Shown here in pieces: positions 44,711-52,283 of a DNA stretch of 64,000 nucleotides. Source of the DNA: Acidimicrobiia bacterium (lineage in GTDB: Bacteria; Actinomycetota; Acidimicrobiia; Acidimicrobiales; Bin134); assembly GCA_022825005.1 (NCBI GenBank), contig JAJDYU010000009.1, positions 20,227 through 84,226 of the forward strand. Direction: 5' to 3'. The position numbers and the translations under genes were made by a program. Position 1 is the first letter of the stretch. Each line of letters begins with the position of its first letter. Below the pieces are notes generated by a model. It searched no databases and was not told where the DNA came from. It saw nothing but the letters and a program-made list of their open reading frames with translations.

Positions 44711-45391
44711 CTACCGCGGCAGGGAATTCAAGAAGGCGGCGATGATCTTCTCCGCCGGGGCGTCCAGCGGATAGGCCGACCCGGCCAGGGTGTTGCGAAG
44801 GTTGTCGGTCTGGCCGGTTGGCACCACCAGACGAGACATCAACTCCTCGGGGGCCCAGCGGCGGTAGACCAGCGTTTGGAAGCGGGCGGTGTTCCGGGTT
44901 CGGCGCTGGGTTACTCCGACCGCCTTGGCCTCATCTATGAGCACTTCTCCGGGACCTCTGCTGGCGAAACAGGCCAGTCGCCCCCAGGGGCCGGGTTCAT
45001 ACCGGTCCAGGACCACTCCGTCCGCGAGCTCCAGTGAGGCCAAAGCCGCCCGCCATGTTTGGCCCAACCAGAGCGGCGCCCGGTTCACGTCGTCGTCCCA
45101 CAGTGGATCGCCTCGGTTGATCACCACGTCGATCCACACCGAGTGATCGGGCTCCACCATCACCGCGCCCCCACCGCTGCGGCGTCGCACCACTCCCGAT
45201 TCATCGGAGGAAGCGATGTCAGCAGACTGGGCGGAGCCCAGCACCAACGCAGTGTCGGTGGGCGACATCAGCCACACTTCCCGATCGATATCGGCGTCGG
45301 GGGTAAGGGCGTGCAGCTCGCCCACCGTCCCGTTCAAACGACGGGTTGTCCACCCGCCTTCGATCGACAGTGGCTCAGTCTTGGTGTTCAC
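44711..45391 (-). CDS. biotin/lipoate A/B protein ligase family protein
   Basis: RRRSGGGAVMVEP and KAVGVTQRRT resemble the LplA/LipB family motifs RRxSGGGAV and K-x-SG-x-AQRR. Start (GTG 45391) uncertain. Confidence 0.55.
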   Translation of the reverse strand: MNTKTEPLSIEGGWTTRRLNGTVGELHALTPDADIDREVWLMSPTDTALVLGSAQSADIASSDESGVVRRRSGGGAVMVEPDHSVWIDVVINRGDPLWDDDVNRAPLWLGQTWRAALASLELADGVVLDRYEPGPWGRLACFASRGPGEVLIDEAKAVGVTQRRTRNTARFQTLVYRRWAPEELMSRLVVPTGQTDNLRNTLAGSAYPLDAPAEKIIAAFLNSLPR

Positions 45392-45423
45392 CGATCCATG
45401 TCGTCGGGCATCCCGCGACAGGC

Positions 45424-45954
45424 TCAAGCAGTCTGGGCGACGGACTCGGCTGCTGGATCTAGGTAGGGCAGCCAGTCGGAAGGCACATGGCCCACCGCCG
45501 AGGCCACCCAGGCCGAGCGGGGCGGCTCGGCCGGTGGGCGTATCAGCCGCATCTGCGTCTCCGAGAGCAGCCGATCCCGCTTGGCCATGTTGCACCGTCG
45601 ACAGGCGGCCACCACGTTCTCCCAGGAGTGGGTTCCTCCCCGGCTGCGGGGCCGGACGTGGTCGATGGAGTCGGCGTGGCGCCCGCAGTACTGGCAGCGG
45701 TAGCCGTCGCGGGCGAACACTCCCCGGCGGCTGAGCCCGCCGGTGCGGAAGAACGGCACCTTGACGTAGTACCGCAGTCGAACCACCGACGGCAATGGCA
45801 GGTCGAGTCGCTCAGAGCGGATCCGCTCGCCCGACTCCAGCACCACCTCGGCCTTCTCGGCCATCACCAACACGAGAGCGCGCCGGGGCGACACCACACT
45901 CAGCGGCTCGAAAGATGCGTTGAGCACCAGCGCCCGGCTCATGGGGGAAACCAT
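45424..45954 (-). CDS. HNH endonuclease (conserved actinobacterial type)
   Basis: RALVLNASFEPL N-terminus and HNH core CQYCGRHADSIDHVRPRSRGGTHSWENVVAACRRCN. Start ATG 45954 or 45942. Confidence 0.8.
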   Translation of the reverse strand: MVSPMSRALVLNASFEPLSVVSPRRALVLVMAEKAEVVLESGERIRSERLDLPLPSVVRLRYYVKVPFFRTGGLSRRGVFARDGYRCQYCGRHADSIDHVRPRSRGGTHSWENVVAACRRCNMAKRDRLLSETQMRLIRPPAEPPRSAWVASAVGHVPSDWLPYLDPAAESVAQTA

Positions 45955-46038
45955 AGTGAACCTGCCGAACCGCTTTGCGCGGATTACCCAGAACACACCT
46001 CCGCGCTGAATGCCGGAATGCGGCCGTTTAGCTCGGTT

Positions 46039-46248
46039 TCACCTCGTGGTCCGCCCCCAGGCTTTGCACCAATGGAGATAGGTGATGAGGTCGTGGCTGC
46101 GAGGTTGGGCATCGGCATCGCCGTACATGGTGACCATCCGAAACCTCAGATAATCCCGATCCGGCAGCATCCTCAGCCGCCATCCGAGGCGGATCGCGGT
46201 GGTCCAGAGGCTGGGATGGGTTAGCAGTTTGGCCAGCGATCGAGCCAT
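46039..46248 (-). CDS. small hypothetical protein (69 aa)
   Basis: Intact ORF in an otherwise empty gap, with non-repetitive composition (DYLRFRMVTMYGDADAQP). No family recognised. Confidence 0.35.
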   Translation of the reverse strand: MARSLAKLLTHPSLWTTAIRLGWRLRMLPDRDYLRFRMVTMYGDADAQPRSHDLITYLHWCKAWGRTTR

Positions 46249-46293
46249 ATCTTCAGGCTACGCGTTGTCACTCGTGGCCGGTACGATGGGCAG

Positions 46294-46869
46294 ATGGGAA
46301 CACTTGCCGTAACCGGCGATCAAGACGCCGACCAACTCCTCCTCGATGATCCGTTCGCTCTTCTGCTGGCCATGATGCTCGACCAGCAAGTCTCTATGGA
46401 GTGGGCGTTCAAGTCGCCCCTCCGCTTGAAGGAGCGGATCCCCGATGATTTTTCCGCCGCGGGATTGGCCGAGATGGATCCCGAGAGGGCCGAGGCTGCG
46501 TTCAAGGAGAAGCCCGCCCTGCACCGGTTCCCCGGGTCGATGGCCCGCCGGGCCCAAGACCTGGCCCGCCACATCGTGGACCACTACGACGGCGACGCCG
46601 CCAAGCTGTGGGGCGAGGCACCTACCGGCCAAGACCTGCTCAAGCGGCTCAAGGCCCTACCCGGCTACGGCGACGAGAAGGCCAAGATCTTCCTAGCTGT
46701 GTTGGCCAAGCGCTTCAACGTCACCCCCGAAGGCTGGGAAGCCGCCGCCGCCCCCTTCTCCGACCCCACCCCCCGCACCGTCGCCGACATAGACAGCCCC
46801 GAAGCCCTAGCCGAAGTAAGAGCCTGGAAAAAAGCCCAAAAGGCCAAAGGCAAAACCAAGCAAGACTGA
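46294..46869 (+). CDS. HhH-GPD family base-excision-repair-like protein
   Basis: DPFALLLAMMLDQQV...LKALPGYGDEKAKIFLAVL is typical of the short HhH-GPD family. Lys-rich C-terminus. Confidence 0.7.
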   Translation: MGTLAVTGDQDADQLLLDDPFALLLAMMLDQQVSMEWAFKSPLRLKERIPDDFSAAGLAEMDPERAEAAFKEKPALHRFPGSMARRAQDLARHIVDHYDGDAAKLWGEAPTGQDLLKRLKALPGYGDEKAKIFLAVLAKRFNVTPEGWEAAAAPFSDPTPRTVADIDSPEALAEVRAWKKAQKAKGKTKQD

Positions 46870-46903
46870 CCGTAACCGTCTGATTCAGTACGGTTACCCC
46901 CGC

Positions 46904-48367
46904 ATGACCAACCCAGCCGACATCCCTCCCCCACTCCCCTGGGAGCTGCGCGCCAAGGCCGTTGGAAGCATGCCAGGGGGCAACGCCAGCTATTTGGAAA
47001 CCCTGCGCGAAGTCTGTGGATTTGTCTCCAGACAGCGTCCAACCTCCCAAGACCTAGTTGGCTGGCTACAAAACCGCTTTGGCTTAAAAGAAAACAGCGC
47101 CTCTTGGAGAGGGCGGTTCTTACAAAACACTGGCATTCTCGAATTTGATTCTGGCCTGCTTCAACTCAGTAAGTTCGCAGACCGCTGGTACGAATCCGAG
47201 GATGATGGCATTGTCATCGCGCTGCTTCACAGCAGACTCCAATTCATCGGGGAGATGCTTGCGGAGTTGAGCGCTAGGCCGCTACGGACCGAGGAGCTGC
47301 GCCTAGCAGCCGACAGATACGGGCTGAATTGGGAGAGGGGCGACCAAATTGCGAGGCGGCGGAGATGGCTTCAGTCGGCCAAGCTCACCGAACCCGCTGG
47401 AAGCGGCCGTATTGCAATCACTGACGCGGGACGCGATCTGCTGTCAAAGCTAGATCTCTACGTACCCTCCGGTATCACTGCGCGCCCTCAACCTTCCTCC
47501 GCTACTAATTCACAGAAGACTGGTCCCGAGGTTGATAACCCGGATTCACCCCTCACTGATGCACCCAAGCCTGACCTACACACGCCAACAATCGATCTCT
47601 CAGACGCCAAATCTCTCGCAAACAGAATCAGAGACGCATCCACCGACAGCAAGAACCCAGACCGATTGGAAATCGCCGTCCGGGACGCTTTCGATTTTCT
47701 GGGTTTCGACGCCGAAAAGCTCGGTGGAAGCGGCAAGACCGATGTGCTGGTCAAGGCTCCTCTGGGTAAAGAGGACTCCTACACAGTGACCATCGACGCC
47801 AAAACAGTCGGCTCCGGTTCTCTGGGTGATCACCAGGTGGACTGGGTGACTCTGGAAGATCATCGCAAACAGCACAACGCCGACTATTCGATGCTTGTAG
47901 GGCCAAACCCCTCCGGCCAACGCCTGATGAGCCGGGCAATCAACAAGTCGGTCGCGGTGCTCTCAACTGAACAACTTGCTGAGCTGTGCATCCAGCACGC
48001 CGATGCGCCACTAGGTCTACAGGACTACCGAGCCCTCTTCGAGTCCGGCGGCGCGGTCGACACGGTCTCGATAGGCAAAGCTGCCCAAGACCTGACCCGG
48101 CTTCGAGATCTCGCAGTTGAGATTTGTTCGAAGTTGGCTGAGAGGACCGGTGCTTTCGGGCCGCTCACTGCTCCACAACTGATGGTGATGCTCGGTCAGC
48201 CCGACAAGTCCAGTTCCGAGCAGGAAATCCAGCAAGTGCTCGACACCTTGGCCAGCCCGCTCATAGGCGCCGTCCAAGGCAAAGCTTCAGAGGGGTACGT
48301 CCTCGCCACGGCCCCACGGGTCATTCAACAACGTCTCCAACTGCTTGGAGATCAACTCGCACGGTAG
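46904..48367 (+). CDS. FokI-like (PD-(D/E)xK) nuclease-domain protein with N-terminal winged-helix-like region; no adjacent methyltransferase
   Basis: aa 265-305 GFDAEKLGGSGKTDVLVKAPLGKEDSYTVTIDAKTVGSG parallels the remembered FokI cleavage domain GYRGKHLGGSRKPDGAIYT...YGVIVDTKAYSGG. Putative catalytic residues are D280, D298, K300. AVLSTEQLAEL parallels FokI AVLSVEELL. The N-terminal ~185 aa contain wHTH-like GSGRIAITDAGRDLL. Confidence 0.55.
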   Translation: MTNPADIPPPLPWELRAKAVGSMPGGNASYLETLREVCGFVSRQRPTSQDLVGWLQNRFGLKENSASWRGRFLQNTGILEFDSGLLQLSKFADRWYESEDDGIVIALLHSRLQFIGEMLAELSARPLRTEELRLAADRYGLNWERGDQIARRRRWLQSAKLTEPAGSGRIAITDAGRDLLSKLDLYVPSGITARPQPSSATNSQKTGPEVDNPDSPLTDAPKPDLHTPTIDLSDAKSLANRIRDASTDSKNPDRLEIAVRDAFDFLGFDAEKLGGSGKTDVLVKAPLGKEDSYTVTIDAKTVGSGSLGDHQVDWVTLEDHRKQHNADYSMLVGPNPSGQRLMSRAINKSVAVLSTEQLAELCIQHADAPLGLQDYRALFESGGAVDTVSIGKAAQDLTRLRDLAVEICSKLAERTGAFGPLTAPQLMVMLGQPDKSSSEQEIQQVLDTLASPLIGAVQGKASEGYVLATAPRVIQQRLQLLGDQLAR

Positions 48368-48427
48368 GCCCACTCGCGGCAGCAACATCACTCCAGACCT
48401 CCAACGCGATCCTCCAAACGCGCAGAG

Positions 48428-48497
48428 GCCCCGGGACTTTGATCCACAGCCAATCCGGGGCTTACTTCCGGTGAGGGCCTCCTGGCTAAGTCACCGG
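48428..48497. terminator. two hairpins between convergent island genes
   Basis: GCCCCGG (48428-34) / CCGGGGC (48455-61) and CCGGTGA (48469-75) / TCACCGG (48491-97). No clear U-tracts. Confidence 0.3.
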
Positions 48498-48521
48498 CCA
48501 CTTGCAATATAAACCACGAGC

Positions 48522-48782
48522 TCAGCTAAGTGGAGCGATCTTCTGCGGAGACGTTCCGCTCTTCAGGGTGTGCCATGCGGACATGAGCTCTTCTTCATGC
48601 AGCTCGCTCCACTCCGCAACCATGTTCCGGCATCGCCTGGGTAGTGATCCTTCAATAATGGAACGCGTAGCAATGTCGACCGTTGCGCTGTGCTCGCCAT
48701 ATTGAGCGTGGAAATGCGGAGGGTTGTGGTCGTTGGCAAACATCCGAATGACAATGCCGTAGAAGCGACTGAGTTCTGGCAT
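48522..48782 (-). CDS. DUF4160 domain protein
   Basis: MPELSRFYGIVIRMFANDHNPPHFHAQYGEHSATVDI is the DUF4160 signature. Start ATG 48782 (M70 of the track ORF). Confidence 0.8.
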   Translation of the reverse strand: MPELSRFYGIVIRMFANDHNPPHFHAQYGEHSATVDIATRSIIEGSLPRRCRNMVAEWSELHEEELMSAWHTLKSGTSPQKIAPLS

Positions 48783-48793
48783 CGGCAGCCCGG

Positions 48794-49087
48794 CTAGTCC
48801 AAAAGTGGTTGCCAGGGCTTCGGGTATAGGTCCTTGAGCGACTTGCCAGTGAGGTCCATATAGAGCCCGTGTTGGCTGAGTTCCACGTCGTCGCCGTCGC
48901 CCCAGGCCACTGCCCCGTAATCGCGAATGCTCACATTCCGGAAGAAGGCTGGATCTGACCACGCAGAGAACACGCCCTTCGAGGCCCACCGAGAGAGGTC
49001 CACTTCACCTTCGACGCCATCGGCAAAGCGCAGCCATAACCGGTAGAGCCCTCTCGGCTCAACCTCCACAACGCGCACTGCATCCAT
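48794..49087 (-). CDS. DUF2442 domain protein
   Basis: VVEVEPRGLYRLWLRFADGVEGEVDLS...GVFSAWSDPAFFRNVSI...AVAWGDGDDVELSQHGLY matches the DUF2442 pattern. 11-nt gap to DUF4160. Confidence 0.75.
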   Translation of the reverse strand: MDAVRVVEVEPRGLYRLWLRFADGVEGEVDLSRWASKGVFSAWSDPAFFRNVSIRDYGAVAWGDGDDVELSQHGLYMDLTGKSLKDLYPKPWQPLLD

Positions 49088-49163
49088 CCTGACATCCTAC
49101 CCACGATGGGTGTTCTTCCACGTTCTGCTTGGTCCGTCAGGAAGGGGCTGGAAGCCCAGCAGC

Positions 49164-50105
49164 TCAGCGTCTCAAGGCAGGTTCGGGGGGTAGTTGCCAG
49201 GGGGGCCTTAGGTATTGGCGGCCGGTGTCGGGGTGTTTTTCGACGTTCCAGTTTCGGTGGTGCACTTTTTGGTGGCAGTCGTGGCATACCAGTACGAGGT
49301 TGTCGGGTTGGGTGGGGCCTCCGTGTTGCCATTCAACGATGTGGTGCGAAACGCACCATTCGGGTTCTTTGCGGCAGCCTATGCAGCCGCCGTCTCGGGC
49401 TTCGAGGGCGGCTCGCAGGGCGAAGTTGGGGCGGCGGCTGGTTGAGCCCATCCAAATGGGCTCAGTGCTTGCTCTTTTGAACAAGCCGCACAAGATGTCT
49501 GCGTCACAAGCCAGGCGGTGGAACTCGCTTGGCGGAAGCGGGGTGCCATCCGCTAGGCGGGGGCGGCCCAGCTTGTCGTCGATCAGGTCGTAGTCGGCCA
49601 TCAACAACAGCGTGGTGCCCTGGGGCTGCTCGCTGCCGTCTGCGGAAATCGTGCGGGTGATGAGCCGCTCCAACGCATCAGCCCGGCGGTGCCGATCAGC
49701 GGTGTGCTCGCGGCGGTTGTCGGTGCGCCAGTCGTCGTCGGTCGCCTTGTTCAGCGACTTGCGGATCCGCGCCGCCGCAACCGGGTCGAACAAGGCAAAC
49801 AGCTGCCACATCCCGTCGTCTCGTAAATAGAAGCTGGCCGTGCGGTTCTTGCGCTGGCGCTCGAACCGCTTGGCCCCGTCATCGCCGGCCAACTCGTTCT
49901 GGTGGTCGCGCACCGTCTTGCGCAACTGCTCCGGCGTCTGCGTCTCAGCCACCACCTTGGCCAAAAACCCCTCCAACCGATTACGACAAGACCCAATCAA
50001 CCGAAGCCGAGCATCCAACCCGGCATCGTCCAACCTGGCCACATCCACAGCATCAACATGCACGCCGCCCCCGGCATTCCCGCAGGTCACAGCCCCAAAA
50101 TCCAT
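49164..50105 (-). CDS. HNH endonuclease with DUF222 N-terminal region (REP13E12-type)
   Basis: C-terminus CIGCRKEPEWCVSHHIVEWQHGGPTQPDNLVLVCHDCHQKVH (HNH). N-terminal LDDAGLDARLRLIGSCRNRLEGFLAKVVAE is typical of DUF222. Start uncertain and the product is shorter than usual. Confidence 0.75.
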   Translation of the reverse strand: MDFGAVTCGNAGGGVHVDAVDVARLDDAGLDARLRLIGSCRNRLEGFLAKVVAETQTPEQLRKTVRDHQNELAGDDGAKRFERQRKNRTASFYLRDDGMWQLFALFDPVAAARIRKSLNKATDDDWRTDNRREHTADRHRRADALERLITRTISADGSEQPQGTTLLLMADYDLIDDKLGRPRLADGTPLPPSEFHRLACDADILCGLFKRASTEPIWMGSTSRRPNFALRAALEARDGGCIGCRKEPEWCVSHHIVEWQHGGPTQPDNLVLVCHDCHQKVHHRNWNVEKHPDTGRQYLRPPWQLPPEPALRR

Positions 50106-50223
50106 ACAACAATGATATTTACGGCAGTGACACATTCTCAGGGGGCGATACACCATGCAGGTCTTACGTCCACAAGATGCCAACCCCTGAAATGAGTGCT
50201 ACGACTTTTCAGGTGACACGTAA

Positions 50224-50547
50224 TCAGTAGCGAATGTCCAGTGCGTAGCGGAGGGCTTGGTCGAGTCGTGCTCGGACATCAACACTGAGTCGGCCGACAG
50301 GCTCGGAGTCGAGCAAAGCCAGCGAGATGGTGAGGACGTTGTCGCAATTGATCACGCTGGGCGACAACAGTCCTTCCTCTACACCGACTTCGACTTCGGA
50401 GTGAATGCCCCGAATGGTCCGAGTAATTGGAGCACAAGTGACTGAAGTAAGCACTGCGAGCGCGGCGTTGCGGGTGAGGACGCAGACAGGACGCCGTCCG
50501 TGCGGCGGGCCGAGGTCTGCCCAGAAGACGTCGCCGCGGCTTACCAC
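50224..50547 (-). CDS. MazF/PemK-family type II toxin (mRNA interferase)
   Basis: RGDVFWADLGPPHGRRPVCVLTRNAA...VTCAPITRTIRG is a PemK-like fold signature. 7-nt overlap with the upstream antitoxin ORF. Confidence 0.8.
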   Translation of the reverse strand: MVSRGDVFWADLGPPHGRRPVCVLTRNAALAVLTSVTCAPITRTIRGIHSEVEVGVEEGLLSPSVINCDNVLTISLALLDSEPVGRLSVDVRARLDQALRYALDIRY

Positions 50548-50846
50548 TCAGGTGTGTTGACAGCAGCAATCCGGGAGGAGGTGGCCACAAGACCCTGGTC
50601 TTGTGGAATTCGGCGGTAGGCCTCTTGCAACTCCTGATCGGAGGCCTCGCAATCCGTAGCAGCAATGGCAGTGGTGACGATACGACGCACCAGCACCGAG
50701 CGGCTCGTCCCTTGTTCAGCAGCCAGCTTGTCCAGTTGCTCCACAAGGTCATCGTCGAATTGGAACACCACGTCCTGAAGTGCCACGACCTCAGCATACT
50801 CCCCTGCCCGAGAAAACCCTGGTGTGCATTTGACGCCCGTCAGCAT
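50541..50846 (-). CDS. ribbon-helix-helix (CopG-like) antitoxin
   Basis: VVFQFDDDLVEQLDKLAAEQGTSRSVLVRRIV is RHH-like. The true start may be GTG 50786 rather than ATG 50846. Confidence 0.6.
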   Translation of the reverse strand: MLTGVKCTPGFSRAGEYAEVVALQDVVFQFDDDLVEQLDKLAAEQGTSRSVLVRRIVTTAIAATDCEASDQELQEAYRRIPQDQGLVATSSRIAAVNTPEW

Positions 50847-50867
50847 CCTCAGGATGGATTCCCCTCT

Positions 50868-51626
50868 TCAGGGGATGAGGGTTATTTGGGAGTCGAGCCA
50901 GCCTAGGAGGATGGATATGCAGCGGGGGTCGGAGTGGAGGCGGTGGCCGGCGCCGCTGATGATGCGCAGGCCAGCGTCGCCGTGGGCGTCGGCGATGGCT
51001 CGGGCGTCGAGGGGTGACACCTCTCGGTCATCGGAGCCGTGCAACACCAGCATGGGACGGGGGGCGATCTGACCAGCGCACCGGTCGACTCGAATCGACT
51101 GGGCGGCCTTGGCCCAGGAGTCGACGGAATCGGGATAGCCGGGGGTGGAGATCACGCCCAGCGAGCGGGCGTACTCCACAACCCCGGAGGCATCCAGGCC
51201 CCAGTGGGCGAAGTCCACCGGCGCACCCATGGTGGCCACTCCCCTAACCCGGGGGTCGTCTTGAGCAACATGGGCCACCAACGCCCCGCCGATGCCGAAC
51301 CCCGCCAGCCAGACCCCTTCCACATGATCGAGCCCGTCGAGGTGGTCTACCGCGCTGCGGACGTCGTCGGTCCATCCCTCCAGGGAGAAGTCGCCCTCGC
51401 TGTCGCCGCAGCCCTGGTAGTTGAGCACCAGCGCAGCCCACTCCATGTTCTGGGCGATTCGATCGGCCAAGGGGTAGAGCCGCTCAGCGGCCCTCGAACC
51501 ACCGTTGGCGGCCGAAGGGAAGGCCGAGCACAGCACCACGCCAGGGAGCGCCCGCATTCGGCGGCTGTCGGGCAGCGCCAGATATCCGGCAAGCTTGAGC
51601 CCGCCGGTTGTCTGCCACTGGGTCAC
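50868..51626 (-). CDS. alpha/beta-hydrolase-fold protein with Gly at the nucleophile position
   Basis: Fold pattern ...VLNYQGCGDSEG...VWLAGFGIGGALV...VLHGSDDREV...GAGHRL. The elbow reads G-F-G-I-G-G where G-x-S-x-G is expected (codon GGC at 51294-51296). Confidence 0.7.
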   Translation of the reverse strand: MTQWQTTGGLKLAGYLALPDSRRMRALPGVVLCSAFPSAANGGSRAAERLYPLADRIAQNMEWAALVLNYQGCGDSEGDFSLEGWTDDVRSAVDHLDGLDHVEGVWLAGFGIGGALVAHVAQDDPRVRGVATMGAPVDFAHWGLDASGVVEYARSLGVISTPGYPDSVDSWAKAAQSIRVDRCAGQIAPRPMLVLHGSDDREVSPLDARAIADAHGDAGLRIISGAGHRLHSDPRCISILLGWLDSQITLIP

Positions 51627-51814
51627 ACCGACCGAGGCCGATAGCCGCGGTTTCGGGCTTCGGCCAGCGAGTCCGGCCCGAACACCAGGAACTGCTCCGA
51701 CGCCACCAGCTCGTCGATGACCGACTCGTCGCTCACCTCATCCAAGTCGTACACCACTTGGGACCGCTTGTCCCCCACGTACCGGAAGCCTTCCAACGAC
51801 CGAGGCCTGTCCAT
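51623..51814 (-). CDS. small hypothetical protein (63 aa)
   Basis: Acidic ORF whose stop overlaps the hydrolase start by 4 nt. No family recognised. Confidence 0.4.
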   Translation of the reverse strand: MDRPRSLEGFRYVGDKRSQVVYDLDEVSDESVIDELVASEQFLVFGPDSLAEARNRGYRPRSV

Positions 51815-51834
51815 TGCCTAACCGTACCCCTCCG

Positions 51835-52257
51835 CTAGTCGGATTCTTCGGCTGGAGGGCCGAGCGCTCCGATGGCCTCCAGGTATTGGCTCTCGAGGTC
51901 TAGCACCACCACCACGTCGAGAGCGTCGATGTCCCTGCCAGATTCCGAGGCCTTGGTCAGCACGTAGTCCACCGAGTCGTCATCGCTGGTGACCACCTCC
52001 TCCTCCCGGCTCTCGGCCTCGGTGGCGGTCACGTCTCCTCGCCCGTAGGTGGCCGATCCCCGGAGCCGGAAATGATCCAGTCGCCACAGCAGAATCTCCC
52101 GCACGTCGTCGTAGCTCAGCTTGGCCGACAGTGAGTCGGGTAGGCGGTCGGCCACGAAGTCCACCGCTTCCAACAGGTCGTAAACCGTCCGGGCCCGGGT
52201 GTGGGCCAGACGAGATGACACCCGCATCACCGCATAGGCGGCCAGCCCGACCACCAA
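51835..52257 (-). CDS. hypothetical protein, possible N-terminal membrane anchor, acidic C-terminus
   Basis: Begins just after the acyl-CoA dehydrogenase stop. Start ambiguous: TTG 52257 or ATG 52227, with no SD. Confidence 0.4.
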   Translation of the reverse strand: MVVGLAAYAVMRVSSRLAHTRARTVYDLLEAVDFVADRLPDSLSAKLSYDDVREILLWRLDHFRLRGSATYGRGDVTATEAESREEEVVTSDDDSVDYVLTKASESGRDIDALDVVVVLDLESQYLEAIGALGPPAEESD

Positions 52258-52283
52258 GACTGCGGCGAGGACGATTAGGAGGG

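Larger units (their letters stand above)
46870..50867. other. lower-G+C accessory island (putatively horizontally acquired; no integrase, tRNA or flanking direct repeats seen)
   Basis: Hand count: line 47101-47160 is 29/60 G+C, versus 43/60 for core line 33001-33060. All six genes here are defence, TA or selfish-element types. An 8-bp-stem hairpin sits at the left edge (46872-46897). Confidence 0.55.

Noticed and set aside
50279-50797. 172-aa ORF overlapping both mazF-like and RHH genes
   Set aside because: Alternative frame with Trp/Arg/Ser/Leu-rich sequence. The two in-frame products have recognisable toxin and antitoxin folds.
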